Positions 12,460-25,487 of a DNA stretch of 64,000 bases are shown in pieces. A program made the translations under genes and the position numbers. The notes below the pieces were generated by a model. It had not been told where the DNA came from and made no database searches. It saw only the letters and a list, made by a program, of their open reading frames with translations. Positions within the stretch are counted from its first letter, which is position 1. Each line of letters begins with the position of its first letter. Origin of the DNA: Chiloscyllium plagiosum (Eukaryota); assembly GCF_004010195.1 (NCBI RefSeq), contig NC_057720.1, positions 8,935,491 to 8,999,490 on the forward strand, given 5' to 3'.

Positions 12460-13445
12460 ATATCCCTACTTGCCTGGATGGGAGCAGCTCCAACAACACT
12501 CAAGAAGCTTGACACCATCCAGGGCAAAGCAGTCCTTGATTGGCACCACATCAACATGGATAGTGAAGAGGGTTACCTCAGATTACAACAGGATCTTGAT
12601 CAGATGGGCCAATGAGCTGAGAACTGGCAAATGGAGTTTAATTCAGATAAATGCAAGGTGCTGCATTTTGGGAAAGCAAATCTTACAGAAAAGATTTACA
12701 AGGATGTTGCCAGGGTTGAAGGATTTGAGCTATAGGGAGAGGCTGAACAGGCTGGTGCTGTTTTCCTGTAGCATCGGAGGCCGAGGGGTGACCTTATAGA
12801 GGTTTATAAAATTATGAGGGGCTTGGATAGGGTAAATAGACAAAGTCTTTTCCCTGGGGTCGGGGAGTCCAGAACTAGAGGGCATAGGTTTAGGGTGAGA
12901 GGGGAAAGATATAAAAGCGACCTAAGGGGCAACATTTTCACACAAAGGGTGGGATGGGTATGGAATGAGCTGCCAGTGGAAGTGGTGGAGGCTGGTACAA
13001 ATGCAACATTTAAGAGGCATTTGGATGGGTATATGAATAGGAAGGGTTTGGAGGGATATGGGCCGGGTGCTGGCAGGTGTGACTAGATTGGGTTGGGATA
13101 TCTGGTTGGCATGGACGAGTTGAACCGAAGGGTCTGTTTCCATGCTGTACATCTCTATGACTCTACGACTCTATATTCAGTCACTTCACCACAACAGTCA
13201 GTGTGCACCATATACAAGATGTACTGCAGAAACGTATCAAATATCCTTTGACTGCACCTTCCAAATCCACAACCACTTCCTTCTAGAAGGACAAGGGCAG
13301 CAGAGACGTGGGGAACACCATCACTTGCAGGTTCCCCTTCAAGACACTTACCATCCTGACTTGGAAATATATCACCATTTCTTCATTTTCACTGGATCAG
13401 AAAACTGGCATTTCTTCCCTAAGAGCATTGTGGGTCACATTACAA
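12460..13445 (+). mobile_element. Second CR1/L2-clade LINE (LINE B) 3' fragment, split by a HER1/CR1 insertion
   Basis: LAWMGAAPTTLKKLDTIQGKA; resumes at ~13176; collinear with 23640-24262. Confidence 0.72.
12556..13173 (+). mobile_element. HER1/CR1 LINE 3' fragment, internally deleted
   Basis: LRLQQDLDQM, QKRFTRMLPGL, GLDRVNRQSLFPGVGESRTRGHRF; (ctatgact)n tail. Confidence 0.9.
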
Positions 13446-13454
13446 TACATTTGA

Positions 13455-13937
13455 GGCATTGATAGGGTGGATACTTTTTCCCAGGGAAAAGGACAGGTCA
13501 GCTACAAGAGGGCACAGGTTTGAGTTGAGAGGAGAACAGTTTAGGAGGGAAATGTGGGGGAAATCTTTCACACAGAGGGTGGTGGGTGCGTGGAATGCAC
13601 CACCAGTGGAGGTGGTCAAAGCAGGCTCATTAGCAATGTTGAGGAGGTCTCTTTTGTCTTCCCCTTATTCATTCATGGGATGAGGGCATCACTGGCTAGG
13701 CACAGTATTTATTGCCCATCCCTGATTGTCCAGAGGGCAGTTAAGAGTCAACCACATTGTTGTGGGTCTGGAGTCACATGTAGGCCAGACCAGGTAAGGA
13801 TGGCAGTCTCCTTCCCTAAAGGGCATTAGTGAACCAGATCTTGATAGACAAATGAATGGGAGGCGAAAGGAGGCGCATGGGCAATAAGTAGCAGGTCAAA
13901 ATAAGGATTAGAATTGGCAGAAGAGCCTGTTCCTCAT
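13455..13937 (+). mobile_element. CR1 3' fragment with nested tRNA-SINE family B piece (13663-13840, minus)
   Basis: TRGHRFELRGEQFRREMWGKSFTQRVVGAWN; the SINE piece matches 30280-30450. Confidence 0.75.
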
Positions 13938-14250
13938 AGACTCATAGAACATAGAGACATACAGCATGGAAACCGACCCTTCGGTCCAACCCGTCCATAC
14001 CGACCAGATATCCCAACCCAATCTCGTCCCACTGCCAGCACCCGGCCCATATCCGTCTAAACCCTTCCTAATCATGTACCCATCCAGATGCCTTTTAAAT
14101 TGTATTAGCCTCCACCACTTCCTCTGGCAGCCCATTCCATACACACATCACCTTCTGCGTGAAACAGTTGCCCCTTAGGTCTCTTTAATATCTTTCCCCT
14201 CTCATCCTAAACCTATGCCCTCTAGTTCTGGACTCCCCCAACCCAGGGAA
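13937..14250 (-). mobile_element. HER1/CR1 LINE 3' end
   Basis: FKRHLDGYMIRKGLDGYGPGAG plus tail. Confidence 0.85.
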
Positions 14251-14569
14251 TTGCTTTATATATTTGTATTGTACAGACTGAGCACAGAATCACCCAGTTT
14301 GGCCCACTGAGTCTGTAGCTCCAAAATAAAATCTACTCTTGTCCCACTTTCCAGCCCTAGGCTGTAGCCATGAATGTTATAACTGTTCAGGAAGGCGGCT
14401 CACCACTTATCTTCACAAAGGCAACCAGGAACATGCATTACATGTGTCCCAGCCATTGACTCCCGCATCTTGTGAGTGTATTTTAATCAAAAAAATTGGA
14501 AGCTGCAGAGAGAGGAATGTGCATGTTCTCTCAAATTGCTTCGGAGAGAAAATGTTAAACCCAGGCCCT

Positions 14570-14680
14570 TACATAATGATAGCGACTCTACTTCAAAAAC
14601 AATTCATTGGTAGTCGAGAGCCTTGGGATGTCCCAGGGACATGAACAGTGTGATTTAAATGCAAGCTGCTTCTCCTATCT
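14570..14680 (+). mobile_element. Deu-SINE (SacSINE1/AmnSINE-like) tail remnant
   Basis: cttcaaaaacaattcattgg...ttgggatgtcc...aaatgcaag; similar remnants at 36490-36610, 52280-52430, 59630-59960 and 60390-60640. Confidence 0.55.
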
Positions 14681-15257
14681 TTCTTTAATGCACGTTAATA
14701 CACTGACTTTGTGTTAATTGCTTTTCTGCTTGTTAAACTCATGTTAATCAGCAGTTAATTGGGAATGCAAATTTACTCAGAAATGACTTGATTTGCACAT
14801 TGAGTTAATTCCCTGTAATTGACACTGGCTTAAAAGCACCAGAGTGAGGTAGCAGTTCAAGGGCTGGGAGGAAGTGGAGTCAGTCTATGAGTATATAGTA
14901 GTAAAGGTGTCAGTGAGTGTTTCCTCAATTTCTCTCTTTTCCCCCTTGACTCTGTTGAAGAGAAACAGCTGAGTGAGCAGCAGACTGTAGGTCATGGGAT
15001 TTTATCCACTGGATCCTGTCCTTCATGATTCAGTGCCCGCCTGTGTGAAGCAGAGTTCTGCTCATTGATGTTGAAGAAGGCATGCTTGGTGAATGTGCCA
15101 GAGTGCAGAGTGCAGTCCAGGGGCCAGGCTCAACAAAGCTGGAGGGGGCTGTGGTATTAGCAAGAGGGCAGAATATTCACCATCTGACTCAAAATTTGGC
15201 TAGAAACCAAAACACCACATTTCTCCCACATTACACACTGGGCAGTGGTAACAAGTT

Positions 15258-16166
15258 GGTAAAAACAATGACTACAGATGCTGGAAACCAGAGTCTAGAT
15301 TAGAGTGGTGCTGGAAAAGCACAGCAGTTCAGGCAGCATCTGAGCAGGAAAATTCATGTTTTGGGCAAAAGCCCTTAATCAGGAATAGAGGCAGAGTGCC
15401 TGCAGGGTGGAGAGATAAATGAGGAGGGAGGAGGGTGGGAAGAAAGAAGCATAGAGTACAAGTGGTGAATGGGGGTGGGGATGGACATGCTAGGTCAGGG
15501 AGGAGGGTGGAGTGGATAGGTGGAAAGGAAGATAGGCAGGTAGGACAAGTCATGGGGACAGTGCTGAGCTGGATGTTTGGAACTGGGGTGAAGTGGGGGA
15601 AGGGGAAATGAGGAAACTGGTGAAGTCGACATTGATGCCCTGGGGTTGAAGTGGGCCGAGGTGGAAGATGAGGTATTCTTCCTCCAGGCGTCGGGTGGTG
15701 AGGGAGCGGTGGTGGAGGAGGCCCAGGACCTCCATGTCCTTGGCTGAGTGGGAGGGGAAGTTGGAATGTTGGGCCATAGGGCAGTGTGGCTGATTGGTGT
15801 GGGTGTCCCAGAGATGTTCCCTAAAGCGCTCTGCTAGGAGGCTCCATCCTTTGGGGCCTTGGATGGAAGTGAGGGAGGAGGTGTGGGTGCAGGTTTTGCA
15901 ATTCCTGCGGTGGCAGGGGAAGGTGCCAGGATGGGAGGGTGGGTTGTTGGGGGGTGTGGAGCTGACCAGGTAGTCACGGAGGGAATGGTCTTTGTGGAAG
16001 GTGGCAAGGTGTGGGGAGGGAAATATATCCCTGCTGGGGGAAATGTCGGCGGATGATTTGGTTTATGTGAAGGTTGGTAGGGTGGAAGGTGAGCACCAGG
16101 GGGGTTCTGTCCTTGTTACGGTTGGAAGGGTGGGGTTTGAGGGTGGAGGGGCGGGATGTGGACGAG
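15258..16166 (-). mobile_element. Penelope-like element family 1, 3' fragment with GIY-YIG region
   Basis: ORFs 15550-15777 (RRLEEEYLIFHLGPLQPQGINVDF) and 15974-16219 (RNKDRTPLVLTFHPTNLHINQIIRRHF); perfect 14-bp TSD agtggtaacaagtt at 15244-15257 and 16167-16180. Confidence 0.9.
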
Positions 16167-16193
16167 AGTGGTAACAAGTTAACAAAGAACTGT

Positions 16194-16380
16194 TGAAGAG
16201 TGTGGTATTGGAAAAGCACAGGCGGTCAGGCAGCATCCGAGGAGCAGAAGAGTTGATGTTTCAGGCATAAGCCCTTCATGATGATTATCCTGTTTCTTGG
16301 ATGCTGCCTGACCTGCTGTGCTTTTTCAGCAACACACTCTTCAACTCTGACCTCCAGCATCTGCGGTCCTCACTTTCTCA
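16194..16380. mobile_element. PLE family 1 fold-back element
   Basis: Inverted arms; 14-bp TSD taacaaagaactgt at 16180-16193 and 16381-16394. Confidence 0.85.
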
Positions 16381-16720
16381 TAACAAAGAACTGTAGACAC
16401 TGGAAATCAGAAAGCAAAACAGAAACTATGGGGGGAAAAGAACTCAGCAGGTCTGTCCGTATCTGTGGAGAAAAAACACAGTTAAATGTTACGCATCCAG
16501 TGATCCTCCTTCAGAACTGATTGTCGCTGGAAAAGAGTTCATTTACACGCTTAGGCTGGGCTGAGGGGAGGGGGAATGGAAGGATAGGTTATGGCTGGAC
16601 CCCCGAGAGAGAACAGTTGGGCAGACAAAGGAGTGAGTAAAGGTCAGCCTGGGAGAAAGAGTTGCTGCTAACGGGGTCATAACCCATGTGATGACAAGGC
16701 CTGACGTGTGGGGTTTGGCG
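16381..16720 (-). mobile_element. PLE family 2 3' fragment
   Basis: Collinear with 55600-55990; decayed hammerhead at 16484-16520. Confidence 0.7.
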
Positions 16721-17041
16721 TAAGGTAAAAACGGTGAACCCTCTCGCTATTTATTATTTTGAAAACTTTCCAAAAGTAATTGCATTGCTCATTCCCACCC
16801 ACCTCCCTATGCCAACTGCACTAATTAACAACCTTAATTGGCCGTTAATTCATTATTGACAATGGGCAGTTGAGTTCCAGCACCCACCAACCTCCCATGG
16901 ATTATCGGGAGAGCATGAAGGGTAATGGGAAAGAGGTACGCTGGGCTTCAGTTTACATGCCTAATTAAACCCTCACCCCCTTAAAAACTCACTGTGGGAC
17001 ATTGATAAAATCCAGCTCCAGATCATCTACATTATGACTGT

Positions 17042-17217
17042 CATGAGTGTGGTGCTGGAAAAGCACAGCAGGTCAGGCAGCATCCGAGGAGCAGGAGAAT
17101 CGACGTTTCAGGCAAAAGTCTAAATTTCCTGCTTCTCGGATGCTGCCTGACATGCTGTGTTTTTCCAGCACCACACTCTCAACTCTAATATCCAGCATCT
17201 GCAGTATTGACTTTTGC
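17042..17217. mobile_element. PLE family 1 fold-back element
   Basis: Inverted arms; 15-bp TSD ctacattatgactgt at 17027-17041 and 17218-17232. Confidence 0.88.
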
Positions 17218-17634
17218 CTACATTATGACTGTGGCTACACATCAATTGTTTTAGATTGGTTCCCAATCATTCTGGAATGTCTTAATGTGTAGTATTCACT
17301 GCTTTTTAGTCAGAAGGTAGGATCACCCCGGATGCAGTTGACTATTTCCTTATAGATATCCAAGAGAAACTATTTACTGCGCCCACTTATAAATAGTTAA
17401 ACAGGAGCAGATACCAAGTCAGATGGAAATATTTCAACCATGCCATGCTTCACATTTTGACCATATGAAGACTCTCAATGCCCTTAATGGTGAAAACTCC
17501 CTATCGATAAGAATAAATGTGTAGTTACCTCTCTTAGTGTACCAATGGTGTGCAATCATCTGCACCTGGTGGTGGTGTTTTTTTTAGAAAACTGAGATGA
17601 CACACTACAGATGATTTATTTAAAAAACACAGTA

Positions 17635-18218
17635 TTCAAGCAGTTGGATGTCACTGGACAAGCCAACACATACTGCCCATCCCTAAATGCCTAGAAGGAC
17701 ATGGTTGTGGGTCTGGAGTCACATGTAGACCAGACCAGGTAATGACAACATATTTCTTTCCTTGAAGGACATTACTGAACCAGAAGTTGCTGAAAAAGCT
17801 CAGTTGGTCTGGCAGCATCTGTGGAGAGAAATCCGAGTTAACGTTTCAGGTTGAGTGACCCTTCCTTGGAATGGTTCGGAGAAGGGGTCACTCGACTCAA
17901 AGCTTTGAGTTCAGTTTCTTTCCACAGATGCTGCCAGACCTGTTGAGATTTTCCAGCAATTTCTGTTTTGTTTCTGATTTACAGCATCCGCAATTGGTTC
18001 AGTTTTTTATTTTGTGAACCAGATGGATTTTTGTTTAAGACAATCACCAGTGTTTACATGGTCACCTTTGAGCTAACTTATTGTTCCTGATTATGTTTTT
18101 TTTAAAATTAAATTCAGATTTCACCATGAGCCATAATGAGTTTCAAACTCACACCCTCATTAACCCAGTGCTTCGTATTACTAGTCTTTTGACATTATCA
18201 CTATATTACCACCTCCCC
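17635..18218 (-). mobile_element. tRNA-SINE family B, interrupted by a PLE family 2 fold-back (17785-18014)
   Basis: Homologous to 30280-30635; TSD tgaaccaga at 17776-17784 and 18015-18023. Confidence 0.78.
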
Positions 18219-18721
18219 TGCAGCAGGTGTTTTGAAGTGTACTGTTATGCTTAGAACTGTTTGCTTTAGTTTTGTTCCTAAATTAGTTCATTTAGTAGTG
18301 AATATTACACAATAAGACATTCTAGAATTATTGGGAACCAATCCAGTATAATTGATGTGTGGCCACAGTCATGCTGAAGATGACCTGGGGCTGGATTTTA
18401 TCAGTGTCACACTGTCTTTTTAAAGGGGTGAGGGTTTGGCTTGGCATGTAAACTGAAGCCCAGTATACCCTTTTCCCATTCACCCTCATATTCTCCCAAT
18501 AATGCAGGGGAAGTAGGTGAGTGTTGGAACTCAACTGCCCATTAGTTCCATTTTCAAAGTTATGACAGCTAGGTTTCATTAATCAAACATTGAACACAGC
18601 ATTCAACATCAGCGCAATTAAACCTGAAGGTCATAACCTTTTTGAGTGAGGGTTTTCATCATGGTGGAAGTCTTTGTCATACTCAGAGAAAGGTTGTCTG
18701 GGAGTCAAACAAGACTTGAGG

Positions 18722-19415
18722 ATACGCACCTATCTATATCAACGGAGCTGAGGTGGAGAGGGTTGAGAGCATCACGTTCCTGAGAGTGGTGATAACCATC
18801 AATCTGTCCTGGACCATCCAAGTCAATGTAACTGTCAAGAAGGTATAACAATGCCTGTCCTTCCTTAGGAAGCTAAGGAAATTCCACATCTCCATGAGGA
18901 CCCTCACCAACTTTTACAGATGCACAACAGAAAGTGTTATATCTCGGTGCATCGTGGCTTGGAACGTCAACTGCTCTGCTCAAGATCATAAGAAACTACA
19001 GGAAGTTGTGAGCACAGCCCAGACCATCACACAAGCCAACTTCCCATCCAGTGACTCCACCTACACTTCTCATTGCCGTGGAAAAGCAGCCACAGAGCCT
19101 CCCACTCCGGTTGTAATCTCTTCCACCCTCTCCCATCAGGTGGGAGATACTAAAGCTTGAATTCATATGTCAACAGGTTCAAGAACAGCTTTTTCCCTGC
19201 TGTTATTAGTCTGCTAAATGGACCTTTCAAATTTCAAATCTAGCGTTGATCTTGCTTGTGTCCACCTCCTGTGCAGCTATAACTTTGTACGTCTCCCTCT
19301 GTTCAATCACCTTATGATCCAAATGTCCTTGTGTGGTGAAATGTGCCTGTACTGCTTTCAAAGTAAAACTTTTCACTGTACTTAGGTACATGTGACAATG
19401 CCAAATCAAATCAAA
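18722..19415 (+). mobile_element. Rex1/Babar LINE 3' fragment
   Basis: LTNFYRCTTESVISRCIVAWNVNCSAQDHKKLQEVVSTAQTIT; (aaatc)n tail. Confidence 0.85.
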
Positions 19416-20487
19416 GACACTCAATTTGCACAAAACTCCAGAAATCCACAGTGAACAGCTAGAAATTGGGTGGGGGCAATGTCAAAGGAAGAATGTTTGA
19501 GTTGAGGAAAGGAAAGAATGAATTTCGTCATATCAAATTCAGTGTCATCCTTGACCAGGCTATCATGTAATTACTCTGATAGTGGTTGTAGGGTCAGGGA
19601 AAATGGCAGAAAGCAACTTACAATGCCCTCACAATCTTGTTACCCAGGGCAACCAGAGAACATGCTTCTTCCAATGTTATCATTAAGGAAAGAAAATGTT
19701 ACAGCAGAATCCATTTAAAAATTAGGCTTTATTTCTTTGTCAATAAGTGTGCTTTGAGCAACATCACAATTAAATGTTGGGGTTAGGCAAGGAATGTATG
19801 TTACATGCTGAAATCCAGGCAGCTATATATTTACTTCACTTCCTAAAACTAGCAGTGCTGGTATCTGTGAACAATCAACTTGCAAACCAAACACTTTCCC
19901 CACACTGGCATATTAAAGTGTATGATCTAAAAAGCATTCCAGGCTATGTGAGTCTGCATTCTTCCCTTATCGCTGCCTCAATTTCTTCCACAAACTATTA
20001 AACACTAATGGCACCAACCTAAAAGCACTACTCATGTGCAATATCAAGTTAGTATTGAGTGCGAGTTGTAAAATCAGTTAAAGTCATCACTCTAAGTTTA
20101 ATCCAAGAGAGAACACCATTAAATCCATCATCTATGTTTCTTCTTATCGACTTCTTCACATGTATGTCAATTCTTATTATTTGCTTTATTAAGCTCCCAG
20201 TTACATTTCGGATCTGTTATCACCATATTTTTCTTTCTGTCCTACGGTCACAGGAATGCAAGTGACATATTATCTAATAGTGGACGTTTGAAGCAATATT
20301 GTGGATAAATGAGATAACTTGATAAATTCTCACGAGAAAGGAACCCTCGCAGTACTGTTGGATAGGCAAGGACTTCTAAGACTTTGGCTCACTAATGCTA
20401 AGGAACTGGACTAAAAGTGTCCAGAAACATTTGACATCCCCAGCAGAGAGAGAAAAACAGGGTTAATGGCTCAGATCAAATACATTT

Positions 20488-20875
20488 AGAGACATAGAGC
20501 TGTATAACACGGAAACAGACCCTTCAGTCCAACTCGTCCATACCAGCCAGATATTCTCAATTAACCAAGTTCCATTTGCCAGCACTTGGCCCATATCCCT
20601 CTAAACCCTTCCAATCATATATCCATCCAGATGCCTTTTAAATGTTGTATTTGTACCAGCCTTCACTACTTTCTCTGGCAGCTCATTCCATACACGCTCC
20701 ACCCTCTGCATGAAAAAGTTGCCCCTTCGGTCCCTTTTAAATCTTTCCCCTCTCACCCTAAACCTATGTCCTCTAGTTTTGGACTCCCCTGCCTTGGGGG
20801 ATAAAAAAACCTTGACTATTCACCCTATCATTACTCCTCAAGATTTTATAAGCCTTTGTAAGGTCACCCTTCTTT
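20488..20875 (-). mobile_element. HER1/CR1 LINE 3' fragment
   Basis: KGDLTKAYKILRSNDRVNSQGFF plus tail. Confidence 0.85.
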
Positions 20876-21399
20876 ACCAGAGTCATTTCCAGATTGTTAT
20901 GACCATTGTTAAAACCCCAAAGAAATGTGGATATTTTTAATTCAATTCCAAATTTTTTTTTAAAGAGGCCAAGCCTATCTGCAGTCATAAATTAAATGGA
21001 GGTCTGGTGAGAGAGAGGGAGAGGGAGAGATTCATCAATGTCTTATATGTGGATTTGAAGAAAACTTCAAACAAGAGCCCTTCAAAGAGGAGAAGAGGCT
21101 CAACAGACTGGACTATGATCTCTTGTGATTATAAAGATAAAAGGTACTGAATGATCACTGCTCATCAGTAAATCACATCTTTGATTATGTTCCAAACTGC
21201 AGACAAACTTTGTGTTATCTCCTTCTGAAGAATGCATAAGGACTGGAGTAAACAAAAAAGCCAATTTCAACTTAACTGGAGTGCACTAGTGGTACTGAAC
21301 ATTTTCATGTCTACCAACTTTGGTTCAAGTGTCAGTGTGTTGTGTTTAAAGACTGTTTCATCTGTTTTTCTATATTTTTGATTGATTATGCACTGAAGT

Positions 21400-22730
21400 G
21401 GGAAAAGAATTACTTGAAAAACCAAGAATTGTTGCACTATTTACAGGCAAATAACTGGATGCTTATTGTTAGTACAGTTTACAAGCTGCTTGTTTAAACA
21501 GCAGTGAAAGTATAGTTTACAGATAAGCTGCGGCCAAGGGGTTTGCATGAATCTAGCTTTGATCGGCAACAAATAGCTGATTGGTCTGTAGACCACTTCT
21601 TGTTGACAAACATCTTTTGCCTGACAACAACTATATGATTGGCTCCCAGGTAGGTGAAAAATTTGGAGTTGAATGTTTTGGGAAAAATCTTTTGATCTTT
21701 GGAGGAGAAGAAGGTGATATTTTTCTGCAAATAGAAACATCTCAAGCCAAAAGATAACAACTTTATTTGACCTTTCCCACTGTTGTAAGCTGTAACTTTT
21801 AATTGATAAGTCAAGGAGCCTTTATGTATGTGAACCAATCACCCCATGCCTCCTGAAAATGAATGAAAGTAACAGGAGAAGGGAGGTGGAGAAGCAGTGT
21901 TTTGATCAGCACTAGTATAATTTCAGCAAACCCTACAGACAGGGGTCATTGAAATGCAGTCCTTCCCTCTGCCTGCAATATCCATAATTGTTTTTTCCTG
22001 TCTGTGCTTGTGTGTAGAATGGGAGTTTTCAAGGGGCATCTCACTAGTATGTCAATGACTTATAATTATTTAGCTGAAGTTAGTACCTGTTTGTTTGTAA
22101 TAAGTAGCTATTCCTGTTAAGTGCAGAAATCTGGCCCATGTTTTCTGATATCTTGGGTCTGAAAGCCAGATACATTGAGGAATTTTACATACCTATTAAA
22201 AATCTTTTAACTTTAAATGGTGACTCCTGGAACAATGGGTTTTGATTTCCAGCATGCTACACCATGTGAGGGTTCCAGTTAAAGCACTATCACTTTCTCA
22301 CCCCTGTATTGCAGAGAAACATCTATTTCACCTTAAATCTTCAATCACAGTCTAGAGGAATCGGAGCTACAGAATCTCAACCAATCTGCAAAATCTAAGG
22401 ATAGAAAAATTAACTGCTCAATTACTGACATCAGTGTTACTAGTGAACTGCATTGCAATGTTCACTGTTTTACTAAGTCTTACTGTGTTTAGTCCATAAT
22501 AAATTCTCGCTTTTTACCCCAACAAAGCTTGGTTAAATTGGCTCCTTTTAAAACGTATGTTAATTTTGGGCCGAGAGATAAGTATGTTAAGGGATCCTAA
22601 CTGACAGTGTGGGTAAATAAAGGAGTGGAGCAAGTTCAAATCCTGTCACCCAGGATCTTAGTCATTTGGCGTATCCGATCTTAGAAGCATAACAAACTGA
22701 GGAACTTTGCTCAGGTTCTGGTCATAACAA
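21400..22730 (+). mobile_element. Possible decayed LTR-like repeats
   Basis: Non-coding; ATTGG boxes, aataaa signal and a ggtcataaca end; no second copy in the window. Confidence 0.3.
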
Positions 22731-22969
22731 GAGTTTGCCACTTTCATTTCCAAAATCCATTTTCCATTGCTGATGATATGTGTTCAATTTGAGATGGTGT
22801 GTGACATACAGAGGAAATTAGGAAGCATAACATTCCCATTAACCTTTAGAAAAGATTTTACAGGATATGAATTCTGTTGGTCAGCATTTATTACCAATCT
22901 GTAATTCTCCTTAACCAAGGGAGTTGTAAGGCTGCTTCAGAGCATTGACAATGATATTGATTCTTAACA

Positions 22970-23289
22970 AAGGAGTGGCACAGTGGCTCAGTGGTTAGCA
23001 CTGCTGCCTCACATCACCAGGATCCTAGGTTCGATTCCAGCCTTGGGTGACTGTCTGTGTGGAATTTGCACATTCTCCCTGTGTCTGCGTGGGTTTCCTT
23101 TGGGTGCTCTGGTTTCCTCCCACAGCCCAAAGATGTGCAGGTTAGGTGAATTGGCCATGCTAAATTGCCCATGGAGTTAGGTCAATTATGCAGAGGGAAA
23201 TAGGTCTGAGTGGGTTACTCTCCGGAGGGTCAGTATGGACTGGTTGGGTCAAAGGGCTTGTTTCCACACTGTAGGGAATCTAATCTAAA
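22970..23289 (+). mobile_element. HE1-type V-SINE, nested in a decayed family B SINE (~22870-23545)
   Basis: A/B boxes (tggctcagtggttag, ggttcgattcc), V domain, tail gtagggaatctaatctaa. Confidence 0.9.
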
Positions 23290-23639
23290 GTCTCTGGAGT
23301 TACATAAATATCAGCTAACAATGGAAGTTTTCATTTCACTGTAGGACAGTGGTGAACAAGTTGGGTTGATAGGATAATATTATCATTATGTTCACTCTTT
23401 GATACTGGCTCTTCTCTTTCTTCAAGATTTTTTTAAAAATCAAATTAATTGAGTTTTCCCAGCTGATGTTTTGGCATTTGAACTCATATCCTTAATTATT
23501 CATCCAGATCTCTGAATTATTAGTCCATTAACATTATCACCATACAACTGTTTACTGCTCCTTCAGGATTCCTAGATGGTAGGGTAATGAGTTTGGAAGG
23601 TACTGAATAAAAAGCCTTAGCGAGTTACCAATGTACATC

Positions 23640-24262
23640 TTCCAGGTGTAAATCTTGTAGATGCATCTTTTTGACCTGAAACTGATTTGGACTAGCCATA
23701 TAGATAAGATAGCTACAATAACAGGTTAGATGTTAGGAATTCTGCAACCAGTAACTCATTTCCCGACTCCCCAAAGTTATGTACAAGTCACAAGTTAGGA
23801 GTGTGATGGAATATTTACCACATATCTGGATGGGTGCAGCTCCAACTACACTCAGGAAACTTGTCAGCATCCAGAATAAAGCAGCTCACTTCATTGATCC
23901 CTTTGCCATTCATTCTCTGCACCACCAATGCTGAGTATCTGCAGCAAGTACCTTCTACAACATGTACTGCAGTGATTCACCAAGACTTCTTTAACTGAAA
24001 ATTCCAAACATGTAATGGATGTTATCTAGAAGAAGAAAAAACAGCAGGTCCATGGGAACACCACCGACTTCAATTTCCCATCCAAGCCACACACCATCCT
24101 GACTTGTGCCAATATCACCATTCCTTCACTGCCACTGAGTCAAAATTCTGGATCTCTCCTCCAAACAGCACTGTGGATGTAAGTAGGTGCCCATCTTCTC
24201 AAGGATAGACATAAGGCAACAATGGTGATCTAGTCAGTAATGCTCACATCCTGTGAATAAAT
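23640..24262 (+). mobile_element. LINE B (CR1/L2 clade) 3' fragment
   Basis: tacaagtcacaagttaggagtgtgatggaatat... RT C-terminus; the 3' end cacatcctgtgaataaata matches the family B SINE tail. Confidence 0.7.
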
Positions 24263-25160
24263 AGATGTGGCCACACAGTGTGTTGTTGGTGAAGGGAGTG
24301 TACCTTTGAGGTGGTAAATGAAATGCTAACCAAGTGGACTGCATTGTCCTGGATGCTCAAGAAGCTTGAGTGTCATTGTTGTTGTTTGTGTATTTTGCTA
24401 TTTGGAGTGTGCGCCTTTAAGGACTCCATGTGCTCAGCGCATACAATGTTGTGACTTTTCCTGATATTGTCTGATATTGTAAGCTGATGTTGTAAATTGT
24501 TCATTCAGAAACCATCTGGCTTGCTGCAATTCCTGTTCCATAACTTACAACGTATTTCACTGTTTCAGGTAAACAAAATGGTGGAGTAATCACTCACTGA
24601 TGACCGATTGATAATTAATCCACTGTCATTAAACTGTGACAGAACATATTGCACTGAGAAGTCTTATCATGCTTGACTAGTCAGAAAGTAAATTACATGG
24701 GAATCATATAGTTAACAGGCCTAAATCATGCTAAAGTACATGAGCCAACCTCTAATATCTTTGTTCATTATAAAGTCACAGATAATTCAAATTATAGCTT
24801 TGTATGCTAGTAAGCAGGTAAGTTCATATGGAGAAGTGTTTAGCTCACTTGAATAGACAGTAATCTATGTGCGTCAGATCAATAGTAAATAATGGAAAAT
24901 GAAAGGCATATTGTCAAACTATTCACAAAATTTCCTTGTGTACATTAGGACTCAGTGGACCTTCTAACAGATTTTCAAGTGCTTTAACAGCATTTGGAGC
25001 TATCATGTCTCGATTTGGCCATGTCCAACACAGAAAGCAAATAATTAAAACTTACTTAGCAATTGGGATGAAAATCCACACAGATTTAATGGATCATAGT
25101 AATAGCTGAGGAGCTAAAAGATCTCCAAAGGATAGTGGACTACGTGTGAGGATCAGTTCA

Positions 25161-25487
25161 TTAGATTACCTACAGTGTGGAAACAGGCCATTCAGCCCAA
25201 CCAGTCCACACTGACCCTCCAAAGAGTATCCCACTCAGACCCATACCCCTAACTTATATTTATCCCTTACTAATACACCTAAACACTATGGGCAATATAG
25301 CATGGCCCATTCACCTAACCTGCACATCTTTGAAGTATGGGAAGAAATCAGAGCACCTAGACGAAATCCACACAGACACAGGGAGAATGTCCAAACTCCA
25401 CACAGACAGTCAACTGAGATAGGAGTTGAACCCGGGACCCAGGTGCTGTGAGGCACTAGTACTAACCACTGAGCCACCATGCTGCCC
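25161..25487 (-). mobile_element. HE1-type V-SINE
   Basis: Complete head, V domain and tail. Confidence 0.9.

Larger units (their letters stand above)
16861..18543. repeat. ~250-bp inverted duplication: arms 16861-17302 (carrying a PLE insert) and 18295-18543
   Basis: The reverse complement of 18295-18543 aligns by eye over its whole length (aatgggcagttgagttcca, ctgggcttcagtttacatgcc, gattggttcccaat, tattcact). Confidence 0.9.

Noticed and set aside
14941..15240. Coding exon on either strand
   Set aside because: The frames I translated are short or contain stops, and show no recognisable homology or coherent splice-site pair.
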